From an uncultured Chloroflexia bacterium (GTDB lineage Bacteria; Chloroflexota; Limnocylindria; Limnocylindrales; CSP1-4), in NCBI GenBank assembly GCA_963706095.1, contig OY970149.1:2179398-2243397 (forward strand): a stretch of DNA of 64,000 nucleotides, written 5' to 3'. A model generated the notes under the pieces. That model saw only the letters and a program-made list of their open reading frames with translations. It did no database searches and had not been told where the DNA came from. The translations under genes and the position numbers were made by a program. Below, piece after piece: positions 9,450 through 23,186 of this stretch. Every line of letters starts with the position of its first letter. Position 1 is the first letter of the stretch.

Positions 9450-10400
9450 ATGGCCCACGCTCAGCCCGTCCTGGCGCTCGACCTCGGCGGCACGAACCTG
9501 CGCACCGCCTACGTCACTGCGGACGGCCAGGTGTTGGGCCGATACATGATCGATACCCCACGTACAGCTGACGACGTGGTCGCCGCGGTCGAGCATGCGA
9601 TGCAGCGAACTGTGCGCGACGTCTCCCCGATGGGATTGCCCGCCCCGGTCGCCCTGGGCATCTCGGCGCCGGGTCCGCTCGATCCGTGGGCGGGCGTGAT
9701 GGTCGACCCGCCCAACCTTGATCGGTCGCTGCATGGCTTTGCGCTGGGGCCGGTGCTGTCAGAGACGCTCAAGGTGCCGGCCTACCTGGAGCGCGACACC
9801 CAGGTGGCGGCGCTGGCCGAGGGCGACTTCGGTGCCGCGCGCGGATTGACCGACTACGTCTACCTGACCGTATCAACCGGTGTTGGTGGAGCCGTCGTGA
9901 CCAACGGCCGCTTGCTGCGCGGACCCGACGGCAATGCCGGTGAGCTGGGCCACCTGCCGATCGACATCGATGGGCCGTTGTGCGGCTGTGGCGCACGTGG
10001 GCACCTCGAGGCCATCGCCTCGGGAACGGGTATCGCCAACCAGGCACGCAATGCAGGGCTGGGCGAGGTGTCGGCCGCGCACGTCGCGGCGCTCGAGGAC
10101 GCCGGCGACGCCACCGCCAGCCAGCTCATGGAAGGAGCGCGCCAGGCCTTCGCCGCCGCCATGGTCAGCATCGTTAACGTCTTCAACCCGCAGCGCGTGA
10201 TCGTCGGTGGCGGGATTGCCATGGGCCAGGGTGATCGGCTGTTGCAACCCGCGCGCGACGCGGTGGAGCGGCTGTCATTCCGCCGCCAGGCCGCGCGCGT
10301 TGAGATCGTTCCGGCACAGCTCGGGGACGACGTGGGCCTGGTCGGCGCCGTGTCGCTGGTCGGACTTGCCCGCGTGGGCGAAGATAGGGACCTCAACTAG
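9450..10400 (+). CDS. ROK family sugar kinase (glucokinase-like)
   Basis: N-terminal LALDLGGTNLR ATP-binding motif, the ROK Cys motif CGCGARGHLEA and GELGH. Confidence 0.85.
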   Translation: MAHAQPVLALDLGGTNLRTAYVTADGQVLGRYMIDTPRTADDVVAAVEHAMQRTVRDVSPMGLPAPVALGISAPGPLDPWAGVMVDPPNLDRSLHGFALGPVLSETLKVPAYLERDTQVAALAEGDFGAARGLTDYVYLTVSTGVGGAVVTNGRLLRGPDGNAGELGHLPIDIDGPLCGCGARGHLEAIASGTGIANQARNAGLGEVSAAHVAALEDAGDATASQLMEGARQAFAAAMVSIVNVFNPQRVIVGGGIAMGQGDRLLQPARDAVERLSFRRQAARVEIVPAQLGDDVGLVGAVSLVGLARVGEDRDLN

Positions 10401-10494
10401 GACGCAACGGCCGCGGGCCAGGTGGCACTTCCATTGCCGCCGCTCGGCTCGCACCATGAGATCGCAACAATCGACAAACCGATGGCGCCTCTGA

Positions 10495-14694
<4,200 letters not shown>

Positions 14695-14709
14695 CCGCCG
14701 GTTTCCGGC

Positions 14710-15345
14710 TCAACCCTGGCGCGGATCCTTGCGGCGGCGGATCTCTTCGGCCTTTTCCGCCAGGGCATCGCGAGCGCGGGACACGTCGTCGGGCGTCGCC
14801 ATGAACTCGAAGTGCATCGCGTCCACGTAGTTGCCGTCGAGGTCGTAGTACCAGCCGCCCCAGTAGATGAGGGCCGCGCCCGCCAGCTCGACAACTTCCG
14901 GATGGATCGTGGAAACGAAGTTGCCCCCACGGATCTGTGGGTTGGAACGGGTCCAGACGTCAACGGCCGTTGCCGTTGAGTGGTTCGACGGCGCAGGCGG
15001 AACGCTGCCCTTGATGGCACGGCACATGAACGAACCGTTGCCGCCCTGGGCACGGCCGCTGTCGCTCAGCTCCCGGGCTGTGCGCAGCTCGTAGCGGCCG
15101 TCAGCCTGGGCCAGGTCAAGGAAATCACCGAACAGCGCGGCAAGGCGCGAGTCGACGGACATGCTAAACAGGCGCCCGTCCGCGGGGCGCGCGATCTGGA
15201 TGCGGGCGCGCGACGCGAACGGCGGGCAGTTCTGTGGCCAGCCGGCATGCCAGCCGCGGGCGGCGGCAGGCGTGGGATCAGCGATCTCAGCGGGCGGGTC
15301 TATGTAGTCCGCGCGCTGGCGGCGCGGCATTGTCTGGAAAGCCAC
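14710..15345 (-). CDS. M15-family (LAS-type) zinc peptidase, D-Ala-D-Ala carboxypeptidase/endolysin-like
   Basis: H-x6-D motif (SNHSTATAVD) and C-terminal YWGGWYYD..VDAMHFEF, typical of Peptidase_M15 cell-wall hydrolases. Confidence 0.7.
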   Translation of the reverse strand: MAFQTMPRRQRADYIDPPAEIADPTPAAARGWHAGWPQNCPPFASRARIQIARPADGRLFSMSVDSRLAALFGDFLDLAQADGRYELRTARELSDSGRAQGGNGSFMCRAIKGSVPPAPSNHSTATAVDVWTRSNPQIRGGNFVSTIHPEVVELAGAALIYWGGWYYDLDGNYVDAMHFEFMATPDDVSRARDALAEKAEEIRRRKDPRQG

Positions 15346-15395
15346 GGACGGAGCATACGTTCGGTCGACCTCCGGAGTCTGAGATCACGCGCATG

Positions 15396-15426
15396 AAAAA
15401 GCCGCCGGGTGTTCGCCCGGCGGCTT
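15396..15426 (-). terminator. Intrinsic terminator downstream of rpsT
   Basis: The minus strand reads AGCCGCCGGG-CGAACA-CCCGGCGGCT followed by TTTTTC. Confidence 0.8.
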
Positions 15427-15447
15427 GATCGTTCTAGGTGTTGAGCG

Positions 15448-16140
15448 TCAACTCTTCTTGGCGGTGCTCTTGGAGGCGCTGGCCTTCGAGTCGGAGGCCT
15501 TTGCCTTGGTCGTGGTCGACTTCGAGCCTGACGCCTTGGCGGTGCTGGCCTTGGTGCTGGTGGCCTTGGCCGTCGTGGCCTTGGTGCTCGACGTGCGAGT
15601 CGACGTCTTGGCCGGTGCGGCCTCCGTAGCGGCCGTCGCCTGAGCGGTGTCCGCGCCCTCTGTGCGTGAGGTCTTGGCCAGCGCGGCGCGGGCCTTGCCG
15701 GCGGCCGTCTGGGCGCCCTTGGCCTTGGTCGCGCGGCCCGCTGCGATGCGTGCCTTGGCCTCCTTGGCGGCCTGGACCTTGCCAACCTGGCGCGCGCTCT
15801 TGGCCGGGGCCGCAACGCCCTCGCCACCGAGCGCGGCATTGACCTTGAGCATCAGCCGGCTCTTGCGCCGATCAGCAGCGTTCTTATGAATGACGCCGAT
15901 CTTCGCTGCTCGATCGAGCGCGGAAACGGCACGCTGCACCGCCGCCTGGACTTCCTCGGGCGAGCCGCCGCTGTTGGTCATTTCGGTCGCGGAAACGAGC
16001 GCCTTGCTGACCAGGGTCTTGGCCGCAGTCCGACGGGGCTGGTTGATCGCGCGCCGACGCTCTGCCTGGCGCACGCGCTTGATTGCCGATGGGGTGCGCG
16101 CACCGGTCCAGCCGCGCGGAGAGTGAGCCAAGTTGAGCAA
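15448..16140 (-). CDS. rpsT: 30S ribosomal protein S20 with a ~125-aa Ala/Lys/Thr/Ser-rich C-terminal extension
   Basis: N-terminal SAIKRVRQAERRRAINQPRRTAAKT..LDRAAKIGVIHKNAADRRKSRL is canonical S20. It is followed by a low-complexity tail (..TKATTAKATSTKASTAKASGSKSTTTKAKASDSKASASKSTAKKS). The start is TTG at 16140 or 16131. Confidence 0.85.
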   Translation of the reverse strand: MLNLAHSPRGWTGARTPSAIKRVRQAERRRAINQPRRTAAKTLVSKALVSATEMTNSGGSPEEVQAAVQRAVSALDRAAKIGVIHKNAADRRKSRLMLKVNAALGGEGVAAPAKSARQVGKVQAAKEAKARIAAGRATKAKGAQTAAGKARAALAKTSRTEGADTAQATAATEAAPAKTSTRTSSTKATTAKATSTKASTAKASGSKSTTTKAKASDSKASASKSTAKKS

Positions 16141-16163
16141 CCTCGGATAAGTCGAAAGGGTGA

Positions 16164-16676
16164 TCAGCGCGGGTGGGCGCGATCGAAGATGGTACCAGCA
16201 GTCGTTTGCGAGCGCCGCTGGCGAGCGGGCTTGACGTCCAGTGCCAAACGCGTGTCGCGTGCAGCCGCTTCGATCGCCAGCAGAGCAGTTTTGACTGCGG
16301 GCCGATCCGCGATCTGCTCTTCGAACGGAAGATAGGCCCGCACGAACGCTGCGTTGGCCCGCTTGTGAGCCGCTCTGCCGTCCGCTGAAAGGCTCAACAA
16401 GCGCGAGCGTCCATCGCTCGGGTTCGGCGTTTCCACCATGTGGCCGCGTCCGCGCATCTCGCCGAGATAGTTCGAGAGAGTCGTCGGCGCCATGCCCACG
16501 AGGGCCGCCAGCTCCGTGGGTGAGACGGGCCCGAACTCGAACAAGCCGCTGTACACGCCGTACTCGTCGGGCCTGAGGCCGCAGCCGGCCATCGCCTCCG
16601 CGAGTAGCGATCGGACCTGCTGGCTGGCCGCGAAGAGATCGAAGAGAAGCGACGACCTGGTTGCGTTGCGCGACAT
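16164..16676 (-). CDS. MarR family transcriptional regulator (paralog 1)
   Basis: wHTH pattern LRPDEYGVYSGLFEFGPVSPTELAALVGMAPTTLSNYLGEMRGRGHM..DGRSRLLSLSADG. ATG at 16676 is preferred over the upstream in-frame GTG at 16712, which would run into the shared operator box. TACCAT lies 7 nt upstream of the ATG. Confidence 0.8.
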   Translation of the reverse strand: MSRNATRSSLLFDLFAASQQVRSLLAEAMAGCGLRPDEYGVYSGLFEFGPVSPTELAALVGMAPTTLSNYLGEMRGRGHMVETPNPSDGRSRLLSLSADGRAAHKRANAAFVRAYLPFEEQIADRPAVKTALLAIEAAARDTRLALDVKPARQRRSQTTAGTIFDRAHPR

Positions 16677-16711
16677 CGACTCGATGGTAGGCGCCGACCT
16701 GTGCGGATGCA

Positions 16712-16736
16712 CAACTACTTCAAGTTGGTAGTATCT
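16712..16736. promoter_or_regulatory. Shared MarR-module box CAACTACT-N6-TGGTAGTATCT (copy 1). Putative operator overlapping the -10 (TAGTAT) of the S41-like gene.
   Basis: 19 of 25 positions are identical to 22692-22716. It contains the imperfect inverted repeat TACT..GGTAGTA. TAGTAT (16729-16734) lies 8 nt before ATG 16743. Confidence 0.65.
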
Positions 16737-16742
16737 CTCCTG

Positions 16743-18161
16743 ATGCGAATGTTCGCGGCAGTCCTGCTCACGGTGGCGTTGGTCTCCGCGTGCTCATCGG
16801 CGGTTCCCTCTTCGACGGTCACGCCGGTCGCCACCTCGCGAACGGCCGCTCCCACGAGCCACGCGACTGCCATCCCAGCGACACCAGCGAACAGCCCGAC
16901 ACCGACTGACGGTCCCACGCCGACATCCGTTCTCACCGCCGCCCCAACCGCCGCACCGACAGATGCGCCCCCGGGCACGCCGTCGGCGGTGGAGCTCGCC
17001 CGAGCGGATCTCGACGTCCTGCTCGAGCAGCTCGAGCGGATCCATCCCGAGCCGTTCCACGGGATTGCGCGCGCTGACTGGGTGGCGCAACTGGAACAGC
17101 TGCGGACCGACCTCGAGACGCTGACGCCTGAACAGGCGTTGGTCGAGTTGACTCTGTTGGTTGCACTGCTCAGTCGCGAAGGCCGCGACGGCCATCAGCT
17201 GACCCTGGCACAGACCGACTCGGAGAGGGACGTGCTCCCGATCAAGACCTACGAGTTCGACGACGGCGTGTACGTCACCGCAGCTATGGAGGGCTATGAG
17301 GCCCTGGTGGGTCGGCGGATCGTCGGACTCGGCGGTCACCCGATCGACGACGTGCTCGATGCACTCGAGCCATTGGTGGCACGCGACGGGCCTGCGACAG
17401 TGCCCTTCTTCAGGACCGTGTACCTCAAGCGGACATCGATTCTCAAAGGGCTGGGCTTGATCGAGGACGGTCCCGTCGAGCTGGCGCTTGGAGAGGATGG
17501 CCAACCGGCGAGCACCGCTTCGGTCACGCCCGTGCCGTTTGGCGACTACCTCGACTGGGCCGGGCAGATAGACATCCTCCTGCCAGCCAGGCGGGACACG
17601 CTCTACCTGTCCGCGCCGGGCCCGAACCTGTGGTGGCAGGAATTGGCCGGCGGATCGGTCGTGTACATCCGCTACGAGCAGGTGCAGGGAGTGAGCTCCG
17701 AGGAAGTCGACGAGATCACGGCACAGGCAGCGGCTGCGGGCGTCGAGCGCGTCCTGTTCGATCTGCGCCAGAACCCGGGCGGCGACAACACCAGCTATCC
17801 GATCCTGCTAAGCGCTCTACAAGACCCCGCGATCAATCAGCCCGACCGCCTCTACGTGCTGACGGACCATTCGACGTTCTCTGCCGCGGCGAACCTTTCG
17901 ACCCGACTTGAGCAGACCACGTCCGCCACGTTCGCTGGTGAAGCGATGGCCGGTGGCCTGAACTTCTGGAACGACGTCACGTGGGTCAACCTGAACAACT
18001 GGCCGATACCGGCGCGGGTCGGCGTCAGCACGCGCTACTGGGAGATGTCGACGCCCACTGACCCGCGCCTGACGATCGAGCCCGACCTGCCCTTTGACTC
18101 GCTCGCCGCGGACTACTTCAGCGACCGCGACCCGGTCCTCGAGGCGCTGACCACGAACTAA
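16743..18161 (+). CDS. S41 (C-terminal processing/tricorn-core-like) peptidase-family lipoprotein, paralog 1
   Basis: Lipobox LVSAC after MRMFAAVLLTVA. DLRQNPGGDN and LYVLTDHSTFSAAANL resemble the S41 signature. The catalytic residues were not verified. Confidence 0.65.
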   Translation: MRMFAAVLLTVALVSACSSAVPSSTVTPVATSRTAAPTSHATAIPATPANSPTPTDGPTPTSVLTAAPTAAPTDAPPGTPSAVELARADLDVLLEQLERIHPEPFHGIARADWVAQLEQLRTDLETLTPEQALVELTLLVALLSREGRDGHQLTLAQTDSERDVLPIKTYEFDDGVYVTAAMEGYEALVGRRIVGLGGHPIDDVLDALEPLVARDGPATVPFFRTVYLKRTSILKGLGLIEDGPVELALGEDGQPASTASVTPVPFGDYLDWAGQIDILLPARRDTLYLSAPGPNLWWQELAGGSVVYIRYEQVQGVSSEEVDEITAQAAAAGVERVLFDLRQNPGGDNTSYPILLSALQDPAINQPDRLYVLTDHSTFSAAANLSTRLEQTTSATFAGEAMAGGLNFWNDVTWVNLNNWPIPARVGVSTRYWEMSTPTDPRLTIEPDLPFDSLAADYFSDRDPVLEALTTN

Positions 18162-18171
18162 AACTGCGAGC

Positions 18172-18609
18172 TCAGGCCGTGGGTCGTTCCAGTGCGTCGA
18201 GCCTGGCCATCAGCTCGTCGAGCCGCTCGTCGAGGCGAGCCCAGCGCGCGTTCTCTGCGGCATCAACCTCGAGCCGACGCGCCTTCTGCCGGGCCTCTAT
18301 GAACGACGATGTGATCGACGCGGTCAGGATGCTGAGCGAGGCGATGCCCAACAGCATGACCAGGGCTCCGACCAGCCGGCCGATCGGCTCGACGGGCGTG
18401 ACGTCGCCGTAGCCCACCGTGGTAACGGTCTGGAGGATGTACCAGAAGGCCTCGGTCAGGTTCTCGAACTCGGCCCGGTCGAGCAGCCAGACGACCAAGC
18501 CGCCGACGACGACTGCGGTCAGCTGGGCCATCACGATCAACAGGATCGCGTTGCGGCTCGAGGAGGGATTGCTCACAAACCTGTTCAGTGCGCGGAGGAG
18601 AAGGCTCAT
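18172..18609 (-). CDS. Small two-TM potassium channel family protein
   Basis: Selectivity filter TTVGYGD flanked by two hydrophobic helices, with a C-terminal coiled-coil-like tail. Confidence 0.8.
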   Translation of the reverse strand: MSLLLRALNRFVSNPSSSRNAILLIVMAQLTAVVVGGLVVWLLDRAEFENLTEAFWYILQTVTTVGYGDVTPVEPIGRLVGALVMLLGIASLSILTASITSSFIEARQKARRLEVDAAENARWARLDERLDELMARLDALERPTA

Positions 18610-18685
18610 CGTGCAAGTTTGAGCCCGCAGATGGCCGCCGATCCGATCCGCACGTCAACTGAGCCACGCCCTATGCTCGGAACGA

Positions 18686-20515
<1,830 letters not shown>

Positions 20516-20518
20516 ACC

Positions 20519-21289
20519 GTGGCCGCGGGAGGGGCGCTCGAGACGCTGATGATCCTGGCCATGGTCGGCCTCCTGGTGTTGCTGCGCTTCGATGCCGCCC
20601 GGTTCGGCGCCGCGGACTTCGACGACGAGGAGTCCCCGGGCGGCGTCCGGACGTGGCTCGGCCGAGCGTCCTGGTACGTCTTCGCCATCCTGCTCATCGC
20701 GGCCATCTACTTCGTGTATCCGGCGCCACTGACCGAGTTGCACCTGCAGATGGGCGAGCCGCGGTCGATGGTCTTCCTGTTCGGCGTCGGGCTGGCGCTG
20801 GTGGGCATGCTCTACGCCGCGGCCTACGCGTGGTGGCGCTTCGGCGAGGTGTCGCTACCGCCGGCGCATCGCTATCCGCGCGGTGTCGTCAGCTCACTGG
20901 CCACTGCCTTCATCGACGAGGCGACCTGGCGCGGCATCGTCCTCGGACTGCTCCTGATATCGAACTGGCCGGTCGAGTACGCGATTGCATTCCAGGCCGT
21001 CCTGTACGCGCTGGCGACGCGGCTCGGCTCGCCCGGGCGGCCGCGCTCGCTGCTGTTCCTCGCACTGGGCATCGGGCTCGTCGGCGGCTGGGTCACCCTC
21101 GAGACCAATGGCATCGGCGCCATCCTGCTGGCGCACGTCGTCACCCGCCTGGCCATCTTCGTGGCCACGGGACATGCCGGGCAGGTCACGCCGTCGGCCG
21201 CGTTCGACGAGCAGGTCGTCGAGGAGGCTTCCAGGTTCGGCCCGCAGGGTTGGGAGGTCGTCGGAGATAACCGTCCGACCACCAGCTAG
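20519..21289 (+). CDS. CPBP-family (CAAX-type) intramembrane metalloprotease-like membrane protein
   Basis: Multi-pass membrane protein with the E-x3-R-type motif FIDEATWRG and a later histidine motif LLAHVVTRL. The family assignment is tentative. Confidence 0.55.
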   Translation: MAAGGALETLMILAMVGLLVLLRFDAARFGAADFDDEESPGGVRTWLGRASWYVFAILLIAAIYFVYPAPLTELHLQMGEPRSMVFLFGVGLALVGMLYAAAYAWWRFGEVSLPPAHRYPRGVVSSLATAFIDEATWRGIVLGLLLISNWPVEYAIAFQAVLYALATRLGSPGRPRSLLFLALGIGLVGGWVTLETNGIGAILLAHVVTRLAIFVATGHAGQVTPSAAFDEQVVEEASRFGPQGWEVVGDNRPTTS

Positions 21290-21350
21290 CCGACTGCGCG
21301 CGCGGAGCCTCATGCGTGGATCGCGGTCGAGCGGCCCGTGCGCGCGCCTT

Positions 21351-21522
21351 GCCACTGGCAGCATCAAAATGTGGTCCTGGCAGCCGTGCTTGCGGGGAAA
21401 GGGTGGTTTTGGGACTGATGTCCGCTGACCTCCACGCTCAGCCCAAGACCGAGAGGCGTCCGGCGTGATCGAAATTGCCACCGTGACACCGACCATCGAG
21501 TCCGGTGATGCTGCTAGTGGCA
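21351..21522 (+). repeat. Interspersed structured element, copy 2 (spans the CPBP-hemW spacer and the predicted hemW start)
   Basis: GCCACTGGCAGCATCAAAA at 21351-21369 and GTGATGCTGCTAGTGGCA at 21505-21522. These are the same termini as copies 1 and 3. Confidence 0.75.
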
Positions 21523-22688
21523 TCCAATCGGTCAAGCCGGTCGGGCTCTACGTCCACTTTCCGTTCTGCCTGTCGATCTGCCCCTACTGCGATTTCGTCG
21601 TGTATGCGGGTCGGCACGTGCGCGGGCCTGACGCGCAGGTCGAGCGTTTCGTCGACGCACTGGTGACGGAGATCGCGCTTCGGGGAAGTTCCGAGTCGGG
21701 CCTCGCCGGCTCCGGCTCTGGCCTGGCCAGCGTCTACCTCGGCGGCGGCACGCCGTCGCTTATGAGCCCCGCGCACGTGGAGCGCGTGCTGCTGGCGGCA
21801 GAGGCGTTCTTTGGCCTCGAATCGGCTCCGGAGATCACCATGGAGGTGAATCCGGGCGCGGACGACCGGGGCGATCTGGCCGGCTTCCGCGCCGCCGGCG
21901 TCACGCGCGTATCAATCGGCGCGCAGAGCTTCGTTCCCAGCGAGCTGCGGAGCCTGGGGCGGCGGCACGCAGCCACGGACGTGGTCGAGACGGTGGATGA
22001 GGCACGTGCCGCGCGGTTCGACTCGATCTCGCTCGACCTGCTCTACGACGTGCCCACACAGACGATCGAGTCGTGGCGCGAATCACTGGCGGCCGCGATC
22101 GCACTGGAACCGGACCACGTATCCGCCTATGCGCTCACGCTCGATGATGACGTGACCGGCTCGACCGACCATCTGCCGCCGCGGCAGGGCGCGACGCAGT
22201 GGCGCGCGCGAGCAGGGCAGCAGCAGGACCAGGATCGTGCCGCGGAAATGTACGAGCTGGCGGACGACCTGCTCGCGCGCGCCGGCCTGTCCTGGTACGA
22301 GATATCGAACTGGGCACGTCCCGGGCACGAGAGTCGCCACAATCTGGCGTACTGGATGGGCCGCACATGGGAGGCGGTCGGTCCTGGTGCCCATCGCTTC
22401 GACGGCACCGCGCGCTCCTGGAACGCCGCAGGGATGGCCGATTACCTGCACGCGCTGGATCTCGGCCGGCTGCCACCCGGTGAGTCTGCTCCGGCGAGCA
22501 GTCGGGGAGAGGAACAGGTCCTGCGCCTGCGCACCGCGCGCGGCGTGGCTCGCGATGAGATCCAGCCTGAAGTCGTGGACTGGGGAGCCGCGAACGCGCT
22601 GCTGGAGCCGGCCGGCGCCGAATACCTGCGCCTGACGCGCCGCGGGCGATTGCTGGCGAACGAGGTGGCAATTCGCCTGCTCGCGTAA
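21465..22688 (+). CDS. hemW: Radical SAM heme chaperone HemW (HemN-like, oxygen-independent coproporphyrinogen oxidase family)
   Basis: LYVHFPFCLSICPYCDF radical-SAM cluster motif, position next to lepA, and a HemN-C-like tail. The start (GTG 21465 or 21483) is uncertain and lies inside repeat copy 2. Confidence 0.9.
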   Translation: MIEIATVTPTIESGDAASGIQSVKPVGLYVHFPFCLSICPYCDFVVYAGRHVRGPDAQVERFVDALVTEIALRGSSESGLAGSGSGLASVYLGGGTPSLMSPAHVERVLLAAEAFFGLESAPEITMEVNPGADDRGDLAGFRAAGVTRVSIGAQSFVPSELRSLGRRHAATDVVETVDEARAARFDSISLDLLYDVPTQTIESWRESLAAAIALEPDHVSAYALTLDDDVTGSTDHLPPRQGATQWRARAGQQQDQDRAAEMYELADDLLARAGLSWYEISNWARPGHESRHNLAYWMGRTWEAVGPGAHRFDGTARSWNAAGMADYLHALDLGRLPPGESAPASSRGEEQVLRLRTARGVARDEIQPEVVDWGAANALLEPAGAEYLRLTRRGRLLANEVAIRLLA

Positions 22689-22691
22689 GGG

Positions 22692-22716
22692 CAACTACTA
22701 CCACGTGGTAGTATCT
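22692..22716. promoter_or_regulatory. Shared MarR-module box (copy 2) containing a perfect 18-bp palindrome TACTACCACGTGGTAGTA (22696-22713) and the -10-like TAGTAT
   Basis: The palindrome was verified base by base. TAGTAT (22709-22714) lies 7 nt before ATG 22722 of marR paralog 2, and there is no SD. Confidence 0.7.
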
Positions 22717-22721
22717 AGGGC

Positions 22722-23186
22722 ATGGCCGAGTCCGAGCTATCGCTCCTCTGGCATTTCTTCGCGACCTCGCAACGCATCAAGGTGCTGCTCGGTGTCGCGA
22801 TGGACGATGCGCCGCTGACGCCAGACGAGTACGCGGTCTACAGCCTCCTGGCGGGCCTCGGGCCATTGCCGCCGACGGAGATGGCACGGCGGCTGGGCAT
22901 GCCGCCGACCACGATGTCGCATTACGTGCGCGCACTGGTCGAGCGCGCCCACGCACAGCGCGTGCCCTCCCCGCGCGACGGTCGGTCGTACCTGCTGGCG
23001 CTCACGGACAGTGGCCGCGCGGCGCATCGAGCTTCGGCAAGCGCGTTCGAGCAGGCCAATCTGCGCTTCCGCGCGGCGCTCGAGGTTGATGAGCCGTTCC
23101 TGCGTCGTTCGCTCGACGAGGTCGCGCGCGCGGCGGACACGGCGATGGCCGAGCTGGCGGCCGCCAGCGCGGCAAAGGCCGGATGA
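22722..23186 (+). CDS. MarR family transcriptional regulator (paralog 2)
   Basis: LTPDEYAVYSLLAGLGPLPPTEMARRLGMPPTTMSHYVRALVERAH..DGRSYLLALTDSG is clearly similar to paralog 1. ATGA overlap with the downstream gene. Confidence 0.85.
   Translation: MAESELSLLWHFFATSQRIKVLLGVAMDDAPLTPDEYAVYSLLAGLGPLPPTEMARRLGMPPTTMSHYVRALVERAHAQRVPSPRDGRSYLLALTDSGRAAHRASASAFEQANLRFRAALEVDEPFLRRSLDEVARAADTAMAELAAASAAKAG

Noticed and set aside
21351-21522. Retron msr/msd, hammerhead ribozyme or cobalamin riboswitch (GCCACTG B12-box-like) interpretation of the interspersed element
   Set aside because: No reverse transcriptase is adjacent. CTGATG is followed by T rather than the A needed for the CUGANGA hammerhead core, with no consistent stems. 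GCCACTG is part of the closing helix and lacks the surrounding cobalamin consensus. The three genomic contexts do not fit any of these.
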